A stretch of 64,000 nucleotides of DNA from Aulosira sp. ZfuVER01 (GTDB taxonomy: Bacteria; Cyanobacteriota; Cyanobacteriia; Cyanobacteriales; Nostocaceae): contig JAVRCV020000055.1 of NCBI GenBank assembly GCA_034530615.2, forward strand, positions 1 to 64,000, read 5' to 3'. Shown here one piece after another: positions 10,501-19,620 of the stretch. How positions within the stretch are numbered: position 1 is the first letter of the stretch; each line of letters opens with the position of its first letter. The notes under the pieces were generated by a model. That model worked only from the letters and a program-made list of their open reading frames with translations. It searched no databases and was not told the origin of the DNA. The position numbers and the translations under genes were made by a program.

Positions 10501-12523
10501 TGCCTTGTTAGATGCCAAGCAGCGATATATGGCGCTGAATGAAGCATTGGCGGAAATTAATGGAATCCCTCGCGAACAACACTTAGGGTATTCAATTCCC
10601 GAACTTTTTGGTCAATCCGATCCAAATTTAGTCGCAGTTTTTCACAACATTTACACCACAGGGAATCCCTTCATCTCACCAAGTTTTGCTGTTAACGTTC
10701 CCGGACGCAGCGATCGCAACCCTGGCTACTACAATGTTCACTATCTACCAACTAAAAACTCCAACCATCAGGTAGAAGAAGTTTTAGCTTATGTTGTAGA
10801 CGTAACAGAGCGAGAAAGGTTAGAGCATGGTCAACGCTTTCTTGCAGAAGCGAGTGCAGTTCTGGCATCTTCCCTCGATTATCAAACCACCTTGGAACGA
10901 GTCGCACATCTGGCAGTACCAGAATTGGCAGACTGGTGTACAGTACACATAGTTAAAGAAGATAATTCCATCGAGCAGATTGCGGTAGCTCACGTTGACC
11001 CTGCCAAATTAGAATGGGCGCACAAAATCAGACAAAAGTATCCTCTAGACCCGAATGCGTCTCAGGGTGCTGCATTGACATTGCGAACAGGACAACCGCA
11101 ATTGTATTCATATATTCCAGATGATCTGCTTGTACAAGCTGCCCGTGACTCAGAGCATTTAGAAATTTTGCGGCAGGTTGGCTTTAAATCTGCAATGATA
11201 GTACCACTAAAAAACCAAGAACACATTCTCGGTGTAATTAGCTTTATTTCAGCCGAGTCTGGTAACAGTTATGACCAGATAAATTTGCAATTAGCAGAAG
11301 AACTAGCTCACCGTGCTTCCTTAGCGATTGATAATGCTCAGTTGTATCAATTAGCGCAACGCGATCGCGCCAAAGCCGAAGCCGCCAACCGCATTAAAGA
11401 CGAATTTCTAGCAGTGCTGTCTCACGAATTGCGATCGCCTTTAAATCCGATTCTCGGTTGGACAAAAATGCTCCGCAGTCAGCGGCTAGATTCTCAAAAA
11501 GCCGCCCAAGCCTTAGAAACCATCGAACGCAACGCCAAGCTGCAAGCGCAATTGATTGAGGATTTGTTGGATGTTTCCCGCATCCTGCAAGGAAAAATGA
11601 CGTTGAATGTTGCACCAGTTAATTTAGTTGCAATTATTCAAGCCGCCTTGGAAACGGTACAACTGTCAGCAGAAGCCAAAAACATTCAAATCCAGACCAA
11701 ATTCTACCCCATTTCTGCAAATGTTGTCGGCGATGCCAACCGCCTACAACAAGTCGTCTGGAATCTGCTCTCCAATGCTGTGAAGTTCACACCATTTGCC
11801 GGAAAAATTGAAGTGCAACTGGAGCAGGTTGGCATATATGCGCAAATTCAAGTTAAAGATACAGGAATTGGCATCAAATCAGAGTTTTTACCCCATGTAT
11901 TTGAATACTTCCGCCAAGAAGATAGTACGAGAACGCGAAAATTTGGTGGGTTGGGGTTAGGACTGGCGATCGTCCGCCATTTGACAGAACTGCATGGCGG
12001 AACCGTTCAGGTTGATAGTCCGGGACAGAATTTAGGAGCAACATTCAGCGTACTTTTACCGTTAAACAGGATTGAGAAACCAGGACACGAAAGTGAAAAT
12101 ACACTACTCAGTAATCAGCAATCAGCAATCAGCACTCCCTTCAAAGGTCTTCAGATATTAGTTGTTGATGACGATGCAGATATGCGGGAGTTAGCAGAAT
12201 TCATCCTGACGACATCTGGTGCACAAGTTATAACCGCCGCTTCCGCAGTGCAAGCATTGACTGTATTAAATCAGTCTGTTCCAGATCTTTTACTGTGTGA
12301 TATCGGGATGCCAGAAATGGATGGTTATTCCCTGATTCGGCAAATTAGAAAGTGGTCAACTCAACAGGGAGGAAACATTCCAGCTATTGCGCTGACTGCC
12401 TATGCAGGAGAAATCAACCAGCAACAAGCCTTAGCGGCTGGATTTCAGAAGCATATCTCCAAGCCTGTCGATCCAGAAGAGTTAGTGCAGGCAGTTTTGC
12501 AATTGCTTCATCCTATTGGGTAA
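7574..12523 (+). CDS. hybrid sensor histidine kinase: RHH/CopG-like N-terminus, multiple PAS, 2 GAF, HisKA, HATPase, REC
   Basis: SHELRSPL H-box, NLLSNAVKF, DTGIGI, GLGLGL, REC CDIGMP; N-terminal RVSLSL...LDTEAQKRGISRSEVIE. Confidence 0.92.
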   Translation: MKRDATGKFVNNWDSETKQRVSLSLTSTAWRLLDTEAQKRGISRSEVIEQVARSLGSEQNLDGNAEKAPLQEPLIEQQEQKQELETLLENTPDAIARFDAQIPYLAAQETEHQVTTILESITDAFVAFDRNWRYVYVNQAAAAILHQTPAELMGKHVWHDVFPELVGGFAYQEMHRAIAQQVPVSWEEFGEPVQRWLEVKAYPSAEGLAVYFRDITQRKQAEAEKERLLQELETERTRFEAVLRQLPTGVLIADAASGKLLLANEQAKKIVGYDYEQSLELEEYVPITPFAAFSCDGQIYAPNDYPLARSLFQGEVISNEEMDLHHSDGSHVFINVNSAPILDRQNQIVAAVVVFEDVTERKQAEALLQQQAEALENQQKWLETVLDLMPTPTVFLEPETAKITFSNLIANELAGGELPKNKSFDEYLSDYYCTDANSEPIPTQKMPVVLIARGERLENYQVEWHTPGGIRSTLCWGETLPAMYGHPAIGICMFQDVTHLKQIEENLRQTEERLQLALSSAQMVAWDMDLMTNHIVCSPNALSVWGIQVGTVEEFVAMIHPDDRQGVRQSVAKAIAGEPYYKQEYRVITPDGVVRWLNSQGRVYLDETGRGVRMTGVSVDITERKQIEAERDRLLAREQATLKELQQKERQQQFLIELNDAIRAIQDSQEIMWRVVSATGQHLNVTRCTYAEIDSTQEYVIVDRDYCNGVISVAGSHRMDSFGPQIIAELKQGKTIVVNDVNTDPRTGESGAASFDAIQTKSLLCVPLVKAGRFVALFVLHHVSPRHWTEDDVILMERIAQKTWLAVERSRAEEELRESEAQLQVALKVGRMGTWNWDMQTRTLIWSEGHFTILGLQSNRCKPSYKAWANQVHPDDLAETRAKFQQAMTEKTEYHHEYRLLWADGSIHWVEARGKFTYDSQGNPKHSIGAVIDITERKQAEQEREQLLERERIARNQAEAAQNQLARIFETSPVGIALLDAKQRYMALNEALAEINGIPREQHLGYSIPELFGQSDPNLVAVFHNIYTTGNPFISPSFAVNVPGRSDRNPGYYNVHYLPTKNSNHQVEEVLAYVVDVTERERLEHGQRFLAEASAVLASSLDYQTTLERVAHLAVPELADWCTVHIVKEDNSIEQIAVAHVDPAKLEWAHKIRQKYPLDPNASQGAALTLRTGQPQLYSYIPDDLLVQAARDSEHLEILRQVGFKSAMIVPLKNQEHILGVISFISAESGNSYDQINLQLAEELAHRASLAIDNAQLYQLAQRDRAKAEAANRIKDEFLAVLSHELRSPLNPILGWTKMLRSQRLDSQKAAQALETIERNAKLQAQLIEDLLDVSRILQGKMTLNVAPVNLVAIIQAALETVQLSAEAKNIQIQTKFYPISANVVGDANRLQQVVWNLLSNAVKFTPFAGKIEVQLEQVGIYAQIQVKDTGIGIKSEFLPHVFEYFRQEDSTRTRKFGGLGLGLAIVRHLTELHGGTVQVDSPGQNLGATFSVLLPLNRIEKPGHESENTLLSNQQSAISTPFKGLQILVVDDDADMRELAEFILTTSGAQVITAASAVQALTVLNQSVPDLLLCDIGMPEMDGYSLIRQIRKWSTQQGGNIPAIALTAYAGEINQQQALAAGFQKHISKPVDPEELVQAVLQLLHPIG

Positions 12524-12565
12524 GAGATGAACCTAGCAACAGCCTTTGCTGTCCTGACAGCTTTC

Positions 12566-12631
12566 TCAATTCTGAACAGCAGACCTCGCTCTCGTTCTGC
12601 CAATAAGTGCATCTATGCTCCAAACATCTGA
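12566..12631 (-). pseudogene. probable 3' fragment of a DoxX-family gene
   Basis: encodes SDVWSIDALIGRTRARSAVQN*, matching the G-x-G-x-W-S-I/L-D tail of DoxX proteins; same strand as the 5' fragment at 17510-17743. Confidence 0.55.
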
Positions 12632-12643
12632 TGGGGGTTGAGT

Positions 12644-12767
12644 CAATACTTTTCGGATAAGTACCAAACACCTCTTTGGCGATTTGGGAAAAGGGTAAAG
12701 GGTAAGGGGCAAAGGGTGCATTTCAACCTTTTCCCTTTTACCTTTCCCCTTTAACCGAAAAGTATTG
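12644..12767. mobile_element. 124-bp MITE with 17-bp TIRs and 10-bp target-site duplication (Nezha-like architecture)
   Basis: TIRs CAATACTTTTCGGATAA / TTAACCGAAAAGTATTG (1 mismatch); direct repeat GGGGTTGAGT at 12634-12643 and 12768-12777; internal heptamer-repeat hairpin. Confidence 0.85.
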
Positions 12768-12771
12768 GGGG

Positions 12772-12819
12772 TTGAGTTAGGTCGAAGGGGAGTATTATCT
12801 CCCCCTCGACCTAACTTAA
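12772..12819. terminator. 21-bp stem hairpin
   Basis: TTGAGTTAGGTCGAAGGGGAG-TATTAT-CTCCCCCTCGACCTAACTTAA. Confidence 0.6.
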
Positions 12820-13754
12820 TACTTTTATGAGGCGATGTGGTTGTAATACTGCGATCGCCCCTCATAATATTTGATTCAGCTGGCGGCACTGGCGCATTTC
12901 TACTGGGTGCGATTTGACTTGTCAAAAACAAAGGCGGCGATCGCAGTTAGTATCTTTTTAGTTCTCTGCGCTGTTGGCGCGTTGGTAAGAGAGCTTAAAA
13001 GGTGAGACTTTAGTTTCTGGAGCGAAAATAAAACTTCAAACATGGATTAAATTAAAGTCTCAGAATTTGCGTGAGATTATTATTTTTTGAGAGTGATAAA
13101 ACAGAAAGTTTAGCAGATAAAAAACAACCCAAAATTTTTAGAGTTCTAAGTGGATAACGCTCATACAAGTTTGCTTTTTTTGTGGTTTGCTCAATAGAGA
13201 TCTGTGGTAACGTATGTAAATTTGATGTAAAAATTCAGGGTAGATACTTGAATATATTCATCAAATATAGTATTTACTACAATAGTTTGTCAATTTACTA
13301 GGATAAGTGCGTGTATTAACATCCTTTTCCTTAGAGTTAGGCAAAAAATAAGACCTAAAAATACTTCGAGATCTACCACTAGGTTTATTTAGTCCTAATG
13401 TTATTTTGTCCAGGGTTTGAGCTTCTAAATAACCTGAATAGATGCTGATTTATCGGTTATCTTGCTATTTTCGCCGAAATTTTTTACTATCTTATTTTAG
13501 CGAAGGTACTGCCGATCAAAGCAGCATTTACACGTAAATAAATATCTGGGATAAGTCTACCTGAAGTCAGCCTTATAGAGTATTTGCTTGGCAAATCTGA
13601 AAAGGATTAATCAAGCATGATATTTGCTGCACTTACAGTGATTAATTAATATCTTTAATTATTAATTAATATCTCTAAACTAACTAAATAATGCAAACCA
13701 TAGTACCTGATTCCCCGCCGCATAAAACCAGTAAGCCAACTTTAGAAGTTTTTT

Positions 13755-16700
13755 ATGTCCTACCCAACTAAGTCTTTCTTTATTCCAAACCCCGTTCATC
13801 TCGTCTTCATTGACTCTGCTATCCAAGATATCCAGACCTTGATCGAGGGAGTAGTGGCTGATGCCCAAGTCGTGGTGCTGCATCCAGAAGTTGATGGTGT
13901 CATGCAAATCACCCAAACTCTGCAAAACCAACCTCAGATTGGGACAATTCACCTTGTTGCTCATGGTTCCCCTGGTTGTCTGTGCTTGGGTAACGCGCAA
14001 CTGAGTTTGAAGAGTTTAGAGAGTTACGCCCCTGAGTTGAGAACTTGGCGCGAGGTGATGAGCCAGCAGGGGCAAATGCTCCTCTATGGCTGTCATGTAG
14101 CCGCAGGGGAGATGGGGGAAGAATTTGTGCAAAAACTGCACCAACTGACAGGAGTAAAGATCGCCGCTTCCACCACCGCCATTGGCAACGCCGCAGACGG
14201 CGGCAACTGGGAACTCGATGTCAGGCTAGAGCGGGCTGCCAGCGAGGTCAAGACTGAACTGCCCTTAGCCTTTCGCGCCGAAGCAATGGCTACCTATGCT
14301 GGGGTTCTGAATACAGCTCCTTCCAGTTCAACCGAGTCTTTCTCCTTCGATTTCAATAGAAATCAGTGGAGGATTCTGACTATCAGTGATTTGTTAGCCG
14401 GGATTACCGATCCCGATAATGACTCTTTAACCATCTCCAACCTGACGGCGAGTGCTGGCACGATACTTAATCGAATTGACGGCAATTATAGTTATATTCC
14501 CCCCGTTGACTTTTTGGGAGGGATCACCTTTACCTACAATGTCAGTGATGGGCAAAATTCCCCCATCCAGCAAACTCGCACGGTACAAGTAGTAGAGACA
14601 AATTTCATCGCCGTTTACTACACTAGTGAGCCGTATAGTCAGATATTCGGAGCCAGCGATTTAATCAAGGTCTATTGGGATTATGATGCCAACGGAAATG
14701 TGATCGGCTCAGCCAAAGATCTTTCGCGTCTTGCAAGCCAGAATCCGAACATATTAATTAACGATCTGCAGAGCGCGCCGTCGGTCTTTAGAAGATCTCT
14801 TCCAGATACTCAATTCATCGCTATACACCTGTTCCAGGCAAGCAATAATGCATCATTAGGTAACCTTATCCAAAATGATGGTTTGGGTTTTATGTACGGA
14901 GCGCAGAACCGCTTCAATCCGGCATTATATGTCCCCCCCGAGCCGGGTTATCCCAACGGGCTTGAGGATACCGCTACAAATATATTGACTCGTCTGTACA
15001 TGAATACGGAGGGTGCTGTTGTAGGTTTCCTAAATTTCAGCAATCCAGAACTTAAATTTGCATTGGAGCAAGGTAAACCGATAACCGAATCCTATGCTTA
15101 CGGGGTCGATTATCAAGGATCGATACCAGGTTTTCCTTCCTATTCATTGGAAGTTCCTAGGTTTCCGGTAGGTTCCGAATTTATAACTATATCTTCCTAC
15201 TATAACAACGTGACCTTGAGCCTGGAGCGAAACGCGCCTCCCGTAGCTACGCCTAAATCATTATCCTTCCAGGAAGACGCGGGCGACTTCTCTCCGGAGC
15301 TTCAAACTACGATTCAGGCAGGTACGGGGCTTTTAGATGGGGTTCAGGATGAAAGCACCGGCCCCAATTGGTTATTCTACTATGGTCTTGTCAGGATCGA
15401 TGGAATTCCGGGGGTACAGGCTTTAGCCCAAACCAATCTTTATGAAAATGGAGATCCCTCAGATATTGTAGTTGCTGATACCGGTAATGCGGCTTACCAA
15501 CATCTGGCTCAGGGGGCAACTCAGACCATCGTTGGGTCTTTTACCGTTCAAGATGACTTTTACAAAACGGGTACCGCCCCCCTCACTGTTACCTTCACCG
15601 GGGTGAATGATGCCCCCGTCGCTGTAGCTGATACTGCCAGTGGTTTAACTAATACTATTATCGAAAGCTCAGTCGCCACTAACGATAGCGATGTGGATGA
15701 TGGCGCAATTTTGACCTACAGCCTAAGCGCTTCTGTGGATGGTTTAACCCTCAACGCCGACGGCAGTTACAGCTTTGATGCCACTCGCCCCGCTTACAGT
15801 AGCCTACCTCCAGGTCAAACCCTACCTGTGGTCGTCAACTATCGCGTGACGGACGAGTTTGGCGCATTCAGCGACAGCACGCTTACTTTTACCCTAACGG
15901 GAGCCTCCGCGCCGAATCATCCTCCAACGGGTTCACCCACTGTCACCTTACCCAACACTGCAGAAGATAACGCCATCACCATTAAGACTGCTGATTTATT
16001 GGCAGGTTTCAGCGATGTGGACAGTGATACCTTATCGGTAGTTGACTTAACTGCTACTAACGGTAGTTTAGTTAATAACAATAATGGGACTTATACCTTC
16101 ACCCCAACAGCTAACTTTAATGGTGTCGTTAATCTAACCTACGGTGTTAGTGATAGCAAAGCAACCTTAGCAGGTCAAACTCGTAGTTTCACTGTCACTC
16201 CTGTTAATGATGCACCTACAGGTTCACCCACTGTCACCTTAAACAGTACGCAGGAAGATACCGCTATTAATATTACTGCGGCTGATTTATTAGCAGGTTT
16301 CAGTGATGTAGATAGTGATACCTTGTCTGTAGTCAACTTAACTGCTACTAACGGTGCATTAGTCAACAACAATGGCACTTATACCTTCACTCCCACTGCT
16401 AACTTTAACGGTAATGTCACCTTAACCTACGGTGTCAGCGATGGTACAGTTACCTTAGCAGGTCAAACTCGCAGTTTCTCGGTTACTCCCGTTAATGATG
16501 CACCCAACCTCCAAACACCAATAGACAGCGCTGTAGTGGACATAGGGCAAGTACTTTCCAATGTTACGTTCAGTTTCACCAATAGTGGTTCAGGTGCCAA
16601 CTTCCAAGATCCCGACACCAGCGACACCCTAAGATACTCCTTCACGAGTGCCCCGAACTGGTTGACTGTAACATCAGCAGGGGTAATAGGCGGCACAGTA

Positions 16701-17435
16701 CCCACAACTGCGTCAGGTACCTACACAGCAACTTTAACTGCCACAGACCCCTACAATGCTACTGCCAGCAGTACATTTTCGCTGATCGTAGCCAATAATA
16801 GCGGTGCTAATGGGGATGATGTAGTTATCCTCGCATCCACAGCCCTGAATGGCGGAGGAAACTTCAACGCCAAAGCGGGTAACGATCTTGTTTATGGACG
16901 AAACAACGCTGCCGACCAAATTGGGGGTGCCGAAGGCAATGATACGCTCTACGGCTACGATCCGCGTGCTGGTCAAGGTTGGACAACCTCTACTGCCGAT
17001 GGTGACGATAAGCTCTTAGGCGCTGCTGGTAATGACAAACTCTATGGTGGCAATGGCGACGACGAACTCTTTGGTGGCGATGGTAATGACCTACTCCTGG
17101 GAATGAATGGCAATGACCGCATTATCGCTGGGGATGGTAATGACACCCTGGTTGGAGGTGTTGGAAGTGACATTTTGAATGGGGGTTATGGAGATGATAT
17201 TTTCGTCCTCAAAGCAGGTGAAGGCACCGATACCATCCAAGAGTTCAGCAAGTTAGTCGGAAACATGGATAAGATTGGCCTGGCAGGGGGGCTGACCTTT
17301 AGTAATCTAACGTTCTCCGGCAATCAAATTAAATATGGTTCAGAAGTTCTAGCGACTCTAACCGGTTTTAATACCGCTAGCCTGCTGGCGACTGACTTTG
17401 TCACCTATACGGGTTCAACGACTGGTCCTGTGTAG
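13755..17435 (+). CDS. DUF4347 + cadherin-like/VCBS repeats + RTX Ca-binding repeats; probable T1SS-secreted adhesin
   Basis: LVFIDSAI, IHLVAHGSPG, LLYGCHVAAG, GGNWEL (DUF4347); VNDAP repeats; GGxGxD nonapeptides near C-terminus. Confidence 0.88.
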   Translation: MSYPTKSFFIPNPVHLVFIDSAIQDIQTLIEGVVADAQVVVLHPEVDGVMQITQTLQNQPQIGTIHLVAHGSPGCLCLGNAQLSLKSLESYAPELRTWREVMSQQGQMLLYGCHVAAGEMGEEFVQKLHQLTGVKIAASTTAIGNAADGGNWELDVRLERAASEVKTELPLAFRAEAMATYAGVLNTAPSSSTESFSFDFNRNQWRILTISDLLAGITDPDNDSLTISNLTASAGTILNRIDGNYSYIPPVDFLGGITFTYNVSDGQNSPIQQTRTVQVVETNFIAVYYTSEPYSQIFGASDLIKVYWDYDANGNVIGSAKDLSRLASQNPNILINDLQSAPSVFRRSLPDTQFIAIHLFQASNNASLGNLIQNDGLGFMYGAQNRFNPALYVPPEPGYPNGLEDTATNILTRLYMNTEGAVVGFLNFSNPELKFALEQGKPITESYAYGVDYQGSIPGFPSYSLEVPRFPVGSEFITISSYYNNVTLSLERNAPPVATPKSLSFQEDAGDFSPELQTTIQAGTGLLDGVQDESTGPNWLFYYGLVRIDGIPGVQALAQTNLYENGDPSDIVVADTGNAAYQHLAQGATQTIVGSFTVQDDFYKTGTAPLTVTFTGVNDAPVAVADTASGLTNTIIESSVATNDSDVDDGAILTYSLSASVDGLTLNADGSYSFDATRPAYSSLPPGQTLPVVVNYRVTDEFGAFSDSTLTFTLTGASAPNHPPTGSPTVTLPNTAEDNAITIKTADLLAGFSDVDSDTLSVVDLTATNGSLVNNNNGTYTFTPTANFNGVVNLTYGVSDSKATLAGQTRSFTVTPVNDAPTGSPTVTLNSTQEDTAINITAADLLAGFSDVDSDTLSVVNLTATNGALVNNNGTYTFTPTANFNGNVTLTYGVSDGTVTLAGQTRSFSVTPVNDAPNLQTPIDSAVVDIGQVLSNVTFSFTNSGSGANFQDPDTSDTLRYSFTSAPNWLTVTSAGVIGGTVPTTASGTYTATLTATDPYNATASSTFSLIVANNSGANGDDVVILASTALNGGGNFNAKAGNDLVYGRNNAADQIGGAEGNDTLYGYDPRAGQGWTTSTADGDDKLLGAAGNDKLYGGNGDDELFGGDGNDLLLGMNGNDRIIAGDGNDTLVGGVGSDILNGGYGDDIFVLKAGEGTDTIQEFSKLVGNMDKIGLAGGLTFSNLTFSGNQIKYGSEVLATLTGFNTASLLATDFVTYTGSTTGPV
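15930..16505 (+). repeat. tandem duplication (about 291-bp unit) of a cadherin-like domain
   Basis: GGTTCACCCACTGTCACCTTA at 15930 and 16221; near-identical peptides (ADLLAGFSDVDSDTLSVV...LAGQTRSF). Confidence 0.9.
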
Positions 17436-17446
17436 TCTCTGCTGGG

Positions 17447-17489
17447 GCGATCGCATTTTGGGAAACTCCAGGTGCGATCGCTTTTGTTT
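17447..17489 (+). terminator. hairpin with HIP1 arms followed by T-tract
   Basis: GCGATCGCA...TGCGATCGC TTTTGTTT directly after the adhesin stop. Confidence 0.6.
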
Positions 17490-17509
17490 TGGCTCATTTT
17501 GGAGAGCGT

Positions 17510-17743
17510 TTCACCACTGGCAATAAAGGCGGCATAACTAGCTAGTAGACCCAAAGCGATCGCTAATCCACAAACAAGTTCGATCAATCCACCGATTCCC
17601 GTCAATGAAGCCAAGGGCACGGTCGGTTTGTTGCCTGGGATACCAAATAGTTTCTGACTACCATGCATGGCGAACATTAAACCTGCAACTATACGCAACA
17701 TTGCATATATATAAGACGAGTATTTTCCCAAAAACGCATCCAT
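17510..17743 (-). pseudogene. 5' part of a DoxX-family membrane protein gene, truncated after ...AAFIASGE
   Basis: LRIVAGLMFAMHGSQKLFG, IELVCG; homology ends at ASGE and the ORF runs on in unrelated sequence through the adhesin terminator. Confidence 0.8.
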
Positions 17744-17788
17744 CAATGAATACCTCTCTTTTTCAAGCGATAAACTCTGCAAACAGCT

Positions 17789-18433
17789 TCAATGTTGGCT
17801 TGTGATTAGGGGTGAGACTTGGTTCCATCTACCAGAGAACACAAATGTTTCTAAAGGTTTGCGGGTACGTATTGCTAACTCTCGCTGCTGTAACCTTTGC
17901 GAAAGGGTTTGAGGATCTCCAAGATAGCCAAGTGCGATCGCCGCGACAGGTTCATAGCCTTCTGCAATGCCATACACTTGTTTAGCTTTAGCGACATCAA
18001 AACCCGCCATTTGGTGAATAAATAGCCCTAATGCCATTGCTTGCAGGGCTAAGGTAGCCGCAGCTGCGCCAACATCATGAAAAGCGTGTCGGTTTTCTGC
18101 GCCGTTTCGCTCAAAGTAAAGCTTGGCTACAGACAGCATCAGAACTGGTGCATTCTTCGCCCACTCTTGATTTCCTTCTGCTAGGCAACCTAATAAACGT
18201 TGAAATTCCGCCGGATTGTCTTTAGTAGCAATAATAAAGCTCCACGGCTGTTCATTAAAAGAAGATGCTGCCCATCTTGCTGCTTCTAAAACAGTGCATA
18301 ATTTTTCGGTTTCTACTGGTTGCTCAGAGAAAGCCAATGGACTCCAGCGTTCCCGCAGCAAATCTGCAACTGGATATTGAGTCTCAGCTGTTTTGTTGAT
18401 CATTAGAAGATCTTTTCTAGCAGCAGTATTCAT
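17789..18433 (-). CDS. nitroreductase family protein
   Basis: RWSPLAF, AARWAASSFNEQPWSF, HQMAGFD; GAGGT RBS. Confidence 0.93.
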   Translation of the reverse strand: MNTAARKDLLMINKTAETQYPVADLLRERWSPLAFSEQPVETEKLCTVLEAARWAASSFNEQPWSFIIATKDNPAEFQRLLGCLAEGNQEWAKNAPVLMLSVAKLYFERNGAENRHAFHDVGAAAATLALQAMALGLFIHQMAGFDVAKAKQVYGIAEGYEPVAAIALGYLGDPQTLSQRLQQRELAIRTRKPLETFVFSGRWNQVSPLITSQH

Positions 18434-18563
18434 TACGTCTTTACCTCAAGCTTTCTCTTTGCAATTTAATGGTGGGTGTCACGGCTATCTATAGATTTGA
18501 GAGTCTGGCAGAGTGAGAAATAGCCATAATCCCAATTCACAAAAATCCTGATATAGATTTTTC

Positions 18564-18739
18564 GTAGGGTTTAGCGAAATGGGCGGTTAAAAACCGCATC
18601 TACACAAGCAAAACCCACAGAGGTAAGTTTCAAAACCTTGATTTTTCGTTAGTCCGCGGAGGCGGACTTTGTTTGTATAGCCGCGAATTCTATTCGCCAG
18701 GGCTTAAGTTGACACAGGTGAGCAATGCTAAACCCTTAC
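18564..18739. repeat. nested cyanobacterial short dispersed palindromic repeats
   Basis: outer GTAGGGTTTAGC...GCTAAACCCTTAC enclosing AGTCCGCGGAGGCGGACT and GCGAATTCTATTCGC hairpins. Confidence 0.55.
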
Positions 18740-18744
18740 CTCTG

Positions 18745-19620
18745 CTACGCATTCACCACTTCGCCGCCATTTGGATGCAGAATTTGTCCTGACATATAGG
18801 AGGAATCGTCAGATGCTAAAAATACATAACTAGGCGCAACTTCTTCTGGCTGTCCGGCTCGCTGCATCGGAACTTGGGCACCAAAGCTTTTAACTTTTTC
18901 CTCAGGGAAGGTAGAGGTAATTAATGGTGTCCAGATGGGGCCAGGAGCTACACCATTCACACGAATGCCTTTTTCTACCAGCGATTGAGATAGAGAACGG
19001 GTAAAAGCCACGATCGCTCCTTTTGTTGCTGAGTAATCTAGCAGTTGGGGGTTCCCTTTGTACGCGGTAACAGATGTAGTGTTGATGATGGTGCTACCTT
19101 CTTTCAGGTGAGGTAAGGCTGCTTTGCTGAGAAAGAACATACTAAAAATATTGGTGCGGAAAGTACGTTCTAATTGTTCAGCCGTAATCTTTTCAATACT
19201 TTCTTGTGGATGCTGTTCGGCGGCGTTATTCACCAGAATGTCTAGGTGTCCCATTTCCTTGACAACCTGTTGTACAGCTTGCTGGCAAACTTGCTCGTCG
19301 CCAATATCTCCTTGAATGGTCAGACAGCGCTTACCTTCTGCCTCTACCAACCGTTTTGTTTCCTTAGCATCCTCTTGCTCACTTTTATAAATAATTGCCA
19401 CATCTGCCCCTTCTTTGGCATAAAAAATGGCAACTGCTCGACCAATACCACTATCACCACCTGTAATTAATCCTACTTTGCCCTGTAATTTGCCACTCCC
19501 CCGATATTTGGAGTCATCAGACCGGGGTTTTGGTGTCATTTGCGCTTCACTACCAGGAGGATTTTGCTGTTGGGGTGGTTGTAGTTCTTTTGCTTGAGTC
19601 ATAAGTTTGTTTCCTGCCAT
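18745..19620 (-). CDS. SDR oxidoreductase, general stress protein 39/YhdF-like
   Basis: TGGDSGIGRA, NNAAEQH, YSATK, NGVAPGPIWTPLI. Confidence 0.95.
   Translation of the reverse strand: MAGNKLMTQAKELQPPQQQNPPGSEAQMTPKPRSDDSKYRGSGKLQGKVGLITGGDSGIGRAVAIFYAKEGADVAIIYKSEQEDAKETKRLVEAEGKRCLTIQGDIGDEQVCQQAVQQVVKEMGHLDILVNNAAEQHPQESIEKITAEQLERTFRTNIFSMFFLSKAALPHLKEGSTIINTTSVTAYKGNPQLLDYSATKGAIVAFTRSLSQSLVEKGIRVNGVAPGPIWTPLITSTFPEEKVKSFGAQVPMQRAGQPEEVAPSYVFLASDDSSYMSGQILHPNGGEVVNA

Noticed and set aside
12566..12931. 121-aa ORF on the minus strand
   Set aside because: Reads through the hairpin and MITE; only the last ~21 codons look like real (doxX) coding sequence
13560..13680. Riboswitch or operator upstream of the adhesin (GGCAAA...GAAA; ATTAATTAATATCT twice)
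   Set aside because: No second stem of a c-di-GMP-I riboswitch; low-complexity AT repeat
12632..17509. Programmed excision element interrupting doxX (like nifD/fdxN/hupL elements)
   Set aside because: No recombinase gene, no direct repeats at the junctions, and rejoining would still lack the central DoxX codons
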